Shown here piece by piece: positions 32,004 to 40,828 of a DNA stretch of 64,000 nt. Position numbers and translations under genes: made by a program. The notes under the pieces are model-generated. The model was not told the origin of the DNA and made no database searches. It saw nothing but the letters and a program-made list of their open reading frames with translations. The stretch comes from Candidatus Nomurabacteria bacterium (GTDB lineage Bacteria > Patescibacteriota > Minisyncoccia > Phycocordibacterales > UBA5272). The stretch's first letter is position 1. Each line of letters starts with the position of its first letter. The stretch is from contig JBAXLU010000001.1 in assembly GCA_037134695.1 (NCBI GenBank), forward strand, positions 11,551 to 75,550, read 5' to 3'.

Positions 32004-34169
32004 ATGCTTAAAACAATTATTAAAAGAACAGGTGAAAGAAAGGCTTTCGAAAAAAATAAAATTACTAAGGCTCTTACAAAGGCAGGTCTTGCCACAAAAG
32101 AGTTTGATGAAAATGAAGCAAATATTCTTACTGATAAAGTAATTTCTTTTTTGGAAACAAAAGCAGAAGATGGAGTTATTTTAATTGAGCAAGTACAAGA
32201 TGAAGTTGAACATGTCCTCATGACATCTCGTTTTAAGGTTACAGCAAAAGCATATATTCTCTACCGAGAGCAACATGCTGAGATGCGATCTTTTGCGACG
32301 ATGTCATCTCTTGGTTTGGTTGATAATTATTTAGGTAAATTAGATTGGCAAGTGAAAGAAAATAGTAATATGGGTTATTCACTTCAAGGGTTGAATAATT
32401 ATATTTTTTCTGAAGTTAGTAAAACATATTGGTTAAATAAAATTTACCCACAGGAAATTCGTACATCATATGAAAATGGTGATCTTCATATTCATGATTT
32501 AGGTACACTCGCTATTTATTGTGTAGGTTGGGATTTGATGGATTTATTGAAAGAAGGATTCCGTGGGGTTCCGGATAAAGTTGAATCAGGTGCACCAAAA
32601 CATTTTCGTACTGCATTAGGTCAGATTGTTAACTTTATGTATACGATGCAAGGTGAGGCTGCGGGAGCTATCGCATTTTCAAATTTTGATACACTACTCG
32701 CACCGTTTATTCGTTATGATAAATTGACTCAAAAAGAAGTTAAGCAATCAATTCAAGAATTCGTATTTAATATGAATGTACCAACACGTGTTGGTTTCCA
32801 GACACCATTTTCAAATATTACTCTTGATTTAAACCCTTCAGTTAACTTTAAAGATATGCCAATAATTATTGGTGGCAAAGAGCAATCAGAAAAGTATGGA
32901 GAATTTCAAACAGAGATGGATATGTTAAATGAAGCTTTCTTTGAGGTTATGGGAGAAGGGGATAAAGCAGGAAGAGTGTTTTCATTCCCAATTCCAACAG
33001 TGAATATTACAAAAGATTTTAACTGGGAGAATCAAAAATTAAAAGGTCTTTGGGAAATTACTGCAAAATATGGTATTCCATATTTCAGTAATTTTGTTAA
33101 TTCAAGCATGAAGCCAGAAGATACACGCTCTATGTGTTGTCGTCTTCGTCTTGATCTAGAAGAGTTGGATCGTCGTGGTGGTGGTCTTTTTGGAGCAAAT
33201 GCTCTTACTGGTTCAGTTGGTGTTGTTACAATCAATCTTCCACGTATTGCTTATCTTTCTAAATTAAAGAATAAGGATTCATTAGAAAAAGCAAAAGCTG
33301 AATTTTATGAAAGATTAGATACACAAATGGATATCGCAAAGGAAAGTTTGGAAATAAAGAGAAAGTTGCTTGAGAAATTAACTGATGCCAACCTGTATCC
33401 TTATACAAAGTTTTATCTAAGAAATATTAAAAGTGGATTTGGTGAATATTGGAAAAATCATTTTTCAACAATTGGTCTTATTGGTATGAATGAAGTAACT
33501 ATGAATCTTTTTGGTGAAAATCTTGGTTCAGTAAATGGAAGAGCTTTTGGAGGTGAAGTACTTGACCATATGCGTCATCGATTAATTAATTATCAGCAAG
33601 AGACGGGTAATCTTTACAATCTAGAAGCAACACCAGCTGAAGGTGTGACTTACAGATTCGCTGCTCGTGATAGAAAGATGTATCCAGATATTATTGTTGC
33701 TAATGAAGCAGAGTCTAAAAAAGGAGCACAACCTTTCTATACAAACTCGTCACACTTGCCGGTTAATTTCTCAAATGACATTGTTGAAACACTTGATATT
33801 CAAGATGAGCTTCAAACCAAATATACAGGGGGAACCGTTATACATCTTTTCTTAGGTGAACGTGTTGCTGATTATCGCTCTGTACCAAATTTGGTTAAGA
33901 AAATTTGTGAAAATTATAAGTTACCATATTTCACCATTACCCCAACATTTTCTGTTTGTGGAAATCATGGTTATGTTACGGGTGAGCACTTTTCTTGCCC
34001 AACTTGTAGTTCAGCATGTGAAGTTTATTCACGTGTTGTTGGATACTTGCGACCAGTGAGTCAGTGGAATGATGCAAAGCAGGCAGAATTTGATTTACGA
34101 GAAATGTATATACCGGAATGTGCGCCAGCTAATGTCGAAGCACTCGGAGTAGCACAGACCGTAAGTTAA
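32004..34169 (+). CDS. nrdD: Anaerobic (class III) ribonucleoside-triphosphate reductase
   Basis: N-terminal ATP cone, HIHDL, SMCCRL, EATPAEG, CxxH..CxxC Zn site, YSRVVGYLRP glycyl-radical motif. Confidence 0.96.
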   Translation: MLKTIIKRTGERKAFEKNKITKALTKAGLATKEFDENEANILTDKVISFLETKAEDGVILIEQVQDEVEHVLMTSRFKVTAKAYILYREQHAEMRSFATMSSLGLVDNYLGKLDWQVKENSNMGYSLQGLNNYIFSEVSKTYWLNKIYPQEIRTSYENGDLHIHDLGTLAIYCVGWDLMDLLKEGFRGVPDKVESGAPKHFRTALGQIVNFMYTMQGEAAGAIAFSNFDTLLAPFIRYDKLTQKEVKQSIQEFVFNMNVPTRVGFQTPFSNITLDLNPSVNFKDMPIIIGGKEQSEKYGEFQTEMDMLNEAFFEVMGEGDKAGRVFSFPIPTVNITKDFNWENQKLKGLWEITAKYGIPYFSNFVNSSMKPEDTRSMCCRLRLDLEELDRRGGGLFGANALTGSVGVVTINLPRIAYLSKLKNKDSLEKAKAEFYERLDTQMDIAKESLEIKRKLLEKLTDANLYPYTKFYLRNIKSGFGEYWKNHFSTIGLIGMNEVTMNLFGENLGSVNGRAFGGEVLDHMRHRLINYQQETGNLYNLEATPAEGVTYRFAARDRKMYPDIIVANEAESKKGAQPFYTNSSHLPVNFSNDIVETLDIQDELQTKYTGGTVIHLFLGERVADYRSVPNLVKKICENYKLPYFTITPTFSVCGNHGYVTGEHFSCPTCSSACEVYSRVVGYLRPVSQWNDAKQAEFDLREMYIPECAPANVEALGVAQTVS

Positions 34170-34170
34170 G

Positions 34171-34860
34171 ATGCAATTCGGAGGATTTGAAAAGTTTACC
34201 CTAATAGACTATCCAACAAAGGTAGCATGTATGGTCTATACGATAGGCTGTAATTTTCGTTGCCCATATTGTCATAATCCAGAATTAGTTGATGAGACAG
34301 TTGAGACAAAAATTGATGAAAAAGAAATATTAGATTTCTTAAAAGGAAGAACCGGAATGTTAGATGGAATTGTTATAACAGGAGGGGAACCGACCATGCA
34401 TGGGGATGATTTACTTTCATTTATGCGTGAAGTAAAGAAACTTGGTTTTCTGGTCAAGCTTGATTCTAATGGTACAGATCCTGTAGTATTAAAGCGTGCA
34501 ATTGATGAAAAGTTAGTTGATTATATTGCAATGGATATTAAGTCTCCACTTTCTAAATATACAGAAACAGTCGGCCGACCTGTAAACGTCGATAACATAA
34601 AGAAAAGTATAGAAATAATTAAAGAAAGTGGTTTACCTTATGAATTTCGTACGACTATTGTAAAGTCGATGATCACATTTGAAGATATAGAACAAATTGG
34701 CAAAGAGATAAAAGGTGCCGAAAATTATTATCTTCAAAAATTTATTCCAACAAAAACAGTTAATCCACAATTTCTAAAAAAAGTTACTTACAGTGATGAA
34801 GAATTTGCTGCCTTAAAAAATATTATGGAAAAATATGTTTCCTTCTGTGGTATTAGATAA
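34171..34860 (+). CDS. nrdG: Anaerobic RNR activating radical SAM protein
   Basis: GCNFRCPYCHN, TGGEPT; adjacent to nrdD. Confidence 0.93.
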   Translation: MQFGGFEKFTLIDYPTKVACMVYTIGCNFRCPYCHNPELVDETVETKIDEKEILDFLKGRTGMLDGIVITGGEPTMHGDDLLSFMREVKKLGFLVKLDSNGTDPVVLKRAIDEKLVDYIAMDIKSPLSKYTETVGRPVNVDNIKKSIEIIKESGLPYEFRTTIVKSMITFEDIEQIGKEIKGAENYYLQKFIPTKTVNPQFLKKVTYSDEEFAALKNIMEKYVSFCGIR

Positions 34861-34865
34861 TATGT

Positions 34866-36056
34866 ATGAAAACTCCAATCAAAATTTACATGGATCACGC
34901 AGCTACGACACCCACACGAGCAGATGTGCTTAATGTGATGTTACCGTATTTTAATGAGGAATATGGAAATCCTTCTTCACTTTATTTTTCTGGTAGAAAA
35001 TCTAATTCTGTAATAGAAAAATCGCGACATAATATTGCAAATATTTTAGGTGTTGAAAAGGATGAGATAATTTTTACAGCGAGTGGAACTGAGTCAGATA
35101 ATATGGCTATTTTAGGAATAGCAAGAGCAAATCGTGAATATGGTAATCATATTTTAATTTCTGCAATTGAACACAAAGCGATTATTGAATCTGCTAAGCA
35201 GTTGGAAAAAGAAGGTTTTATTGTTGAATATATTCCAGTAGATAAGTTTGGAATGATTGATATACAAGATGTTATATCTCGCATTACAGATAAAACTATT
35301 TTAATTTCTGTAATGTATGCAAATAATGAAATCGGCACAATACAACCAATCAAGGAATTGGGGGATGCCATAAAAAGCTACAAGCTACAGGCTAATGGCT
35401 ACCTGCTGTTCCATACCGATGCCTGCCAAGCGGCTGGCTGTCTATCGCTTAACATAAATGATCTCGGGGTGGATATGATGACTCTTAATGGTTCAAAAAT
35501 TTATGGTCCAAAAGGTATTGGTATTTTGTATAAAAATAAAAATGTAAAAATAGAGCCGATTATTTCAGGTGGTGGACAAGAGCGGGGACTGCGAAGTGGA
35601 ACACAAAATCTTCCAGCTATTGTAGGATTTGATTTTGCACTCACGCATGTTGAAGAAAGAAGAGAAAAAGAATCTCAGAGGCTTACAGAAATTCGTGATT
35701 ATTTTATCAAAGGATTGAGTACCTCAATTCCAGATTTGGTTTTAAACGGTCACCGAATATCTCGATTGCCAAATAATATTCATATTTCTATACCTGCTGT
35801 AGAAGGGGAATCAATGCTTTTAATGTTAGATGAGATGGGAATACAGGCTTCTACTGGTTCAGCGTGTTCTGCGTCAGATTTGCAGGTCTCACATGTGCTT
35901 TTAGCCATTAAACAAGATGTGTCACTTATGCATGGAAGCTTAAGGTTTACTATAGGTGAAAAGACAAGCAAAGAGGATTGTGATTATGTTATTTCTTCAT
36001 TAATTGATATTGTAAATAAACTAAAAAAGATTTCTCCGATAAAAAACCATGAATAA
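34866..36056 (+). CDS. iscS: Cysteine desulfurase (IscS/NifS group I)
   Basis: YMDHAATT, GNPSS, HTDACQ, SKIYGPKG, STGSACS. Confidence 0.93.
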   Translation: MKTPIKIYMDHAATTPTRADVLNVMLPYFNEEYGNPSSLYFSGRKSNSVIEKSRHNIANILGVEKDEIIFTASGTESDNMAILGIARANREYGNHILISAIEHKAIIESAKQLEKEGFIVEYIPVDKFGMIDIQDVISRITDKTILISVMYANNEIGTIQPIKELGDAIKSYKLQANGYLLFHTDACQAAGCLSLNINDLGVDMMTLNGSKIYGPKGIGILYKNKNVKIEPIISGGGQERGLRSGTQNLPAIVGFDFALTHVEERREKESQRLTEIRDYFIKGLSTSIPDLVLNGHRISRLPNNIHISIPAVEGESMLLMLDEMGIQASTGSACSASDLQVSHVLLAIKQDVSLMHGSLRFTIGEKTSKEDCDYVISSLIDIVNKLKKISPIKNHE

Positions 36057-36486
36057 AATTACTCCTACAACATGTGATGTAACAGATTGGCTCTACAGTG
36101 ATATTGTAAAAGATCATTTTTTCAATCCGAGAAATATTTTACTTGATGATAAAGATTATGTAGCTGACGGTTGTGGGGTTGCTGGTAGCCCACTTTGTGG
36201 GGACATGATGGTTGTTTGGGTAAATGTGAATAAAGAAACAAATAAAATTACAGAATGTAAGTGGCGTACATTTGGTTGTGCTTCTGCTATTGCTTCCACT
36301 TCTATGATGTCAGTTATAGCAACAGAAAATGGTGGTATGACAATTGCTACTGCTAAACGTATGACACCAGAGTCAATCATAGATAGATTGGGTGGGCTTC
36401 CTGATAGGAAATATCACTGTTCTGTTTTGGGACATGAGGCTCTACGTAAAGCAGTTGAAGACTACGAAGGAACATTACATACTTGA
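36049..36486 (+). CDS. iscU: Fe-S cluster scaffold IscU/NifU-N
   Basis: DHFFNPRN, CGD, TFGCASAIAS, LPDRKYHCS. Confidence 0.93.
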   Translation: MNKITPTTCDVTDWLYSDIVKDHFFNPRNILLDDKDYVADGCGVAGSPLCGDMMVVWVNVNKETNKITECKWRTFGCASAIASTSMMSVIATENGGMTIATAKRMTPESIIDRLGGLPDRKYHCSVLGHEALRKAVEDYEGTLHT

Positions 36487-36591
36487 CGACCTTCTTCGTT
36501 AAAGTGAATATTTTTTCGTCACTGTACTATTAAGTACACCTCCTCAAAAATCTTCACTTTGCCTCGAATCTCATTCAAGTCTGTAAGTTCC
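36469..36591 (+). repeat. Palindromic element copy 3, overlapping iscU stop
   Basis: Imperfect terminal IR; core cgtcactgtactattaagtacacctcct; gcctcgaatctc. Confidence 0.8.
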
Positions 36592-36602
36592 GAAGACCCA
36601 GG

Positions 36603-36630
36603 TGTCATTCCCGCGAAGGCGGGAATCCAG
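36603..36630 (+). repeat. dRS3/REP-like half element
   Basis: TGTCATTCCCGCGAAGGCGGGAATCCAG. Confidence 0.85.
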
Positions 36631-36649
36631 TGTTGGCATTAAATAAATC

Positions 36650-37348
36650 ATGGAAAATAACATTACATACACAATAAAAGAAGTTAAAAAAGAAACAGAA
36701 AATGTTTTTACTTTAACCTTGGCTTATGACGGCGTAATAAAAACATTTAGAGCAGGACAATATATTACAGTATTTTTCCCAGAAACTGGTCACGTTGAGG
36801 GCAAGTCATATAGTATTTCAAATATTATTTCAGCCAACTCTTTTACTATTACAGTAAAAGGCATAGGAATATTTTCAAATAAAATAATTGAATTAAAGGC
36901 AGGGGATAAATTATCTGCATCTATGCCATATGGATATTTTTATACAGAATCCGAAACGAGTCCACTTGTTTTAATTGCAGGTGGTATTGGTGTTGCTCCT
37001 TTTAAAGCAATAATAGAAGAATCAGTGTTAAAGACTCCTAATCGTAAAATAATGCTTTTTTATTCAAACAAAATGGTTGATGATATTATTTTTAAAAATG
37101 AATTAGATGAATTGGTTGAAAAATATCCAAATACTTTAAATGTAAATTATTATATTACTCAAGAAAATGTAGAAGGTGTGATGAAAAATGGACGTATTCC
37201 GGTTGCAGATATAATTGAACAATCAAAAAATCTTTCTGACCCAGAATTCTTCCTTTGTGGATCCATTGCTTTCGTTCGTGACTATTGGCGAGGATTAAAA
37301 GATGGGGGTGTACCAGAGATTTCTATTTACACAGAGGCATTTTTTTAA
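36650..37348 (+). CDS. FAD/NAD(P)-binding ferredoxin-reductase-type oxidoreductase
   Basis: FRAGQY, KSYSIS, IAGGIGVAP, FLCGS, terminal EAFF. Confidence 0.9.
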   Translation: MENNITYTIKEVKKETENVFTLTLAYDGVIKTFRAGQYITVFFPETGHVEGKSYSISNIISANSFTITVKGIGIFSNKIIELKAGDKLSASMPYGYFYTESETSPLVLIAGGIGVAPFKAIIEESVLKTPNRKIMLFYSNKMVDDIIFKNELDELVEKYPNTLNVNYYITQENVEGVMKNGRIPVADIIEQSKNLSDPEFFLCGSIAFVRDYWRGLKDGGVPEISIYTEAFF

Positions 37349-37373
37349 GCTCTCTTTTATGCTAGAATAATAA

Positions 37374-37502
37374 AGTGGGTGGAAACATCCGCACGCAAAT
37401 TTAAGTAACAAACATAGGAGATGCCTATGGTTAAATGAAACCATATGTGAATTACAAGTTTGCACTTACCCCGAGCATGAGCTCGGGGTTTCCTTTTTTT
37501 TT
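37374..37502 (+). ncRNA. Candidate small RNA with intrinsic terminator
   Basis: TGcTAGAAT -10, several hairpins, stem accccgagc/gctcggggt + long T tract, no real ORF. Confidence 0.4.
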
Positions 37503-37673
37503 ATTAATTGTATTGGAATATATACTTGTATTTAAACAAACCCCATCTTTCTTTTTAAAAAGCGCATCGGAGGGCGGGTAGCCGAGATAGAGTGCCTTTT
37601 CTAGCAAGAAAAGGACACGGCTTTTTAAAATGAAAGATAAAACAAGAAAAGAAATTTGAATAAAGGTTTCTCG

Positions 37674-37769
37674 TAGTAATCTACGAGGCATTTAAACCTT
37701 TTTATGTCGTCACTCGGACTAAATATAAAAGATTACTTTTCTATTTAGGTCCTCGCTAGACAAAATAAA
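37674..37769 (-). repeat. Inverted copy of the nrdD-leader motif
   Basis: See 31822-31916. Confidence 0.9.
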
Positions 37770-37802
37770 ATAAAGTATTAATTTATGTTAGAATATAGAA
37801 CT

Positions 37803-39800
37803 ATGAAAACAATTCCTTATACAGCAAAATATTTTACTTGGGTGAAAATGACCCCTTCACTTATGAAGAAGCAGGCTGATCTTTATATTCTTAATAAGAA
37901 AAAAGTCTATGGAGATATAAAGAAAATTCTTCCTGAGAATAGAACATTTTTAAATACACTTTATGCGTTAGAAAGATGCGATGATTCTTTTGAAAGCTTT
38001 TTCAATAAGATGGGATTGCTCTCTGAGATTTCACCAAAAAAAGAAGTTCGTGATGCTGCACACGCTGTTGCAACAGAAATGTCACAGAAACTCGTCGATA
38101 TAGAATATGATAGAGATTTATTTATTGCACTCTGTGAATACTATGAAGGAAATTTTGAATATGAGAAGAAGAAACTTCGCAAGGAAGATATAAAACTTCT
38201 TGAAGAGACACTTCGTGAATATCGTCGCATGGGATTTGACTTGCCCGAGGCCGTGCAAAAGAAATTGAAAGTTTTAATGAAAAAAGTCGGTAAATTATCT
38301 ATTGCTTTCAGACAGAATATTAATGATTATCAAGATTATATTTTGTGTACAAAAGAAGAGCTTGCTGGATTATCCGAGAGATTTATTTCTACACTTCCAA
38401 AGCACCCTAATGGTAAATATATTGTTTCACTTCAATATCCTCACATTGGTCCTTTTATGTCAGAGGCCGAGAATAGAAAAAAGCGTGAAGAGTTAGCTCT
38501 TAAAAATTTGAAAAAGGGAGGAATGAAGAATCTTAAAATTATTGAGGAGTTAGTAAAACTTCGTCAAGAAATTGCACATATTTTAGGATATAAACATCAC
38601 GCTGATTTCAGACTTGAAACTCGTATGGTAAAGACGGCTAAAACGGCTGAGGATTTTCAAAATTCGCTTTTAAAAACTCTTGCCCCACTCGCCAAAAAAG
38701 AAAGTGTGGATATAAGTGCTCATGCTAAGACGCTTGGAATTAAGAAGGTTGAACATTATGATATTGGCTATGTTTCTACAAATTTAAAAAAGAAACTTTA
38801 TGACCTTGATCCAGAAACAGTGAGAAGCTATTTTCCACTTGAACATGTAAAGCGAGAACTATTTAATCTTTGTGAAAATTTATTTGGAATTGTGATTGCA
38901 GAGTATCATATGACGCTTTGGCATAAAGATGTGAAGATGTATCAAATAAATAATGGTGACGGCACACTTATTGGATATTTTTCAATGGATTTGTTTCCAC
39001 GAGAAGGGAAGTATAGTCACGCGGCGATGTTTGATGTAGTTGTTTCTCATGAACATGGCTATGGAACCGAAGAATATGTCGCACCATATTCTAGTATGGT
39101 TTGTAATTTCCCAGCACCAAATAAAAAAGTTCCATCATTGTTATCACTTGTTGAAGTAGAAACACTTTTCCATGAATTTGGTCACCTTCTTCATATGACT
39201 CTCACTCGCGCAAGACTAGAGTCACAAGCCGGTGCGAATGTCGCGTGGGATTTCGTTGAAGCACCATCTCAGATTATGGAAAACTGGGTATGGGATAAAG
39301 AGGTTATGGAAAAATTATCGAAGCATTATGAAACAGGGAAGCGTTTACCAACTGATATGATAGACAGAATTATAAAAGGAAAGATTTTTCAAAATGCTTA
39401 CTTTTACACACGACAGCTTATTCAAGGAAAACTAGATCTTGAACTACACACTGGAAAAGTAAAAGATGCACGCACAGCCTATCGTAAGATGAATAAAATG
39501 TATTTCAATATTGACCTTCCAGAAAAGGAAACATTATTCCCAGCAGGCTTTGGTCACTTAGTTGGATATGATGCAGGATATTATTCTTATCTTTGGGCAC
39601 TTGTTTATGCATGTGATGCATTCGAATCATTTAAGACAAAAGGAAATAAAAATGTAATGACAAATACTGAAGTCGGTATGAAGTGGCGTCGCGAAGTATT
39701 AGAAAAGGGGAGTAGTGAAGATGAAATGAAACTTGTTAAAAATTTCCTAGGACGTGTACCGAATCAGAAAGCATTTTTGAAGGAAATAGGGATAAAATAG
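37803..39800 (+). CDS. M3 family metallopeptidase (oligopeptidase A/thimet-like)
   Basis: DLFPREGK, TLFHEFGH, DFVEAPSQIMENW, GYDAGYYSYLW. Confidence 0.94.
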   Translation: MKTIPYTAKYFTWVKMTPSLMKKQADLYILNKKKVYGDIKKILPENRTFLNTLYALERCDDSFESFFNKMGLLSEISPKKEVRDAAHAVATEMSQKLVDIEYDRDLFIALCEYYEGNFEYEKKKLRKEDIKLLEETLREYRRMGFDLPEAVQKKLKVLMKKVGKLSIAFRQNINDYQDYILCTKEELAGLSERFISTLPKHPNGKYIVSLQYPHIGPFMSEAENRKKREELALKNLKKGGMKNLKIIEELVKLRQEIAHILGYKHHADFRLETRMVKTAKTAEDFQNSLLKTLAPLAKKESVDISAHAKTLGIKKVEHYDIGYVSTNLKKKLYDLDPETVRSYFPLEHVKRELFNLCENLFGIVIAEYHMTLWHKDVKMYQINNGDGTLIGYFSMDLFPREGKYSHAAMFDVVVSHEHGYGTEEYVAPYSSMVCNFPAPNKKVPSLLSLVEVETLFHEFGHLLHMTLTRARLESQAGANVAWDFVEAPSQIMENWVWDKEVMEKLSKHYETGKRLPTDMIDRIIKGKIFQNAYFYTRQLIQGKLDLELHTGKVKDARTAYRKMNKMYFNIDLPEKETLFPAGFGHLVGYDAGYYSYLWALVYACDAFESFKTKGNKNVMTNTEVGMKWRREVLEKGSSEDEMKLVKNFLGRVPNQKAFLKEIGIK

Positions 39801-39817
39801 TTTATATAAAAAGTAAA

Positions 39818-39844
39818 ATCCCTGCAGCGCGTTGCTACAGAGAT
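39818..39844. terminator. Hairpin terminator (T tract on minus strand)
   Basis: atccctgcagc-gcgtt-gctacagagat pairs with G-U on the minus strand; followed there by TTTTACTTTT. Confidence 0.6.
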
Positions 39845-40110
39845 AGTGATCAGCGTTTTTCAGCTGCTTATCGGTATAATGTGACTCACAAATACATTAT
39901 GACCGGTGTGACATGTTGTCACGAAGATATTCCGAGGACTTTCATCAACTCAAGAAACATCTTAAAAACTCAAACTCAAACCATAAAATCCAAATAAAGA
40001 ACTCACTCGATATCATTTGTCATAATTGCACAAACGACGACTAACTAAAACAAAAAGAAACTAACTATCTGTCTAACAACTAACTTTCCTAGAAACTAAG
40101 TCATCCGATT

Positions 40111-40572
40111 TCAGAAAGGACGAACCGAGATTCCCGAGCCACCCATATCTTTCGTCGTATAAACGAACCATGGACGCTCTCTTCCTGCTGGAACAATTGT
40201 AAATTCGTGTGTCACTGGCCGACTAGGCTTTGTGAGAAACAAATTCACCAGTATGTATTCCCGACCATCAGCCAATTTCTTGACGACGAGTTCGAGTTCA
40301 CATACAGCTGGCATTCCAGATTTTGCTAAACCTTCAATGGTTTTGCGATTACCGTAGACCTGTACGTTCACCGGATTCGACCTTGGCATGAGTTTATGTC
40401 CGTAGTGGGCATATTCACACCTCAGGAATTCCGAAACGCACCACCGAAAGTCCCACTCGCCAACGCGAGGCAGGGACAGAGAAATGACAATTGGCTTTTG
40501 GTATGGAAAACAATTGCTGGGATTGCGCCCAAGAATTGTTTCATAAACAGCCGGCTTATGTTGCTTGTCCAT
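40111..40572 (-). CDS. Hypothetical protein, higher GC than neighbours
   Basis: 153-aa ORF with GAAAGG SD-like site and a consensus promoter upstream. Confidence 0.7.
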   Translation of the reverse strand: MDKQHKPAVYETILGRNPSNCFPYQKPIVISLSLPRVGEWDFRWCVSEFLRCEYAHYGHKLMPRSNPVNVQVYGNRKTIEGLAKSGMPAVCELELVVKKLADGREYILVNLFLTKPSRPVTHEFTIVPAGRERPWFVYTTKDMGGSGISVRPF

Positions 40573-40632
40573 TTTCTGGACCTTTCATTACAAAGAAGTT
40601 AACCCTCTTTACACCCGCAAAGAGGTATGACA

Positions 40633-40661
40633 ATTATAGCATATTTAATGCTAAATGTCAA
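40633..40661 (-). promoter_or_regulatory. Perfect sigma70 promoter
   Basis: Minus strand TTGACA-17 nt-TATAAT with TG extension. Confidence 0.85.
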
Positions 40662-40828
40662 TAGTAATTTCGTCCATACCCATAAAGCACTAGCGTATTT
40701 GGTAAAAATGTGTTATCATAGCTGACATTGGTAAAAGCGGTGCAACCGCAGGTTGCGTCGCTTTTACATTCATAATTATCTGTATTTAAACTATTAACCA
40801 GTAGCTAGTAACTACCAACCATTCAACC

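Noticed and set aside
37452-37691. 79-aa minus-strand ORF downstream of the orphan leader copy
   Set aside because: It starts inside the repeat, runs through a terminator and has no recognisable motifs; not fully excluded.
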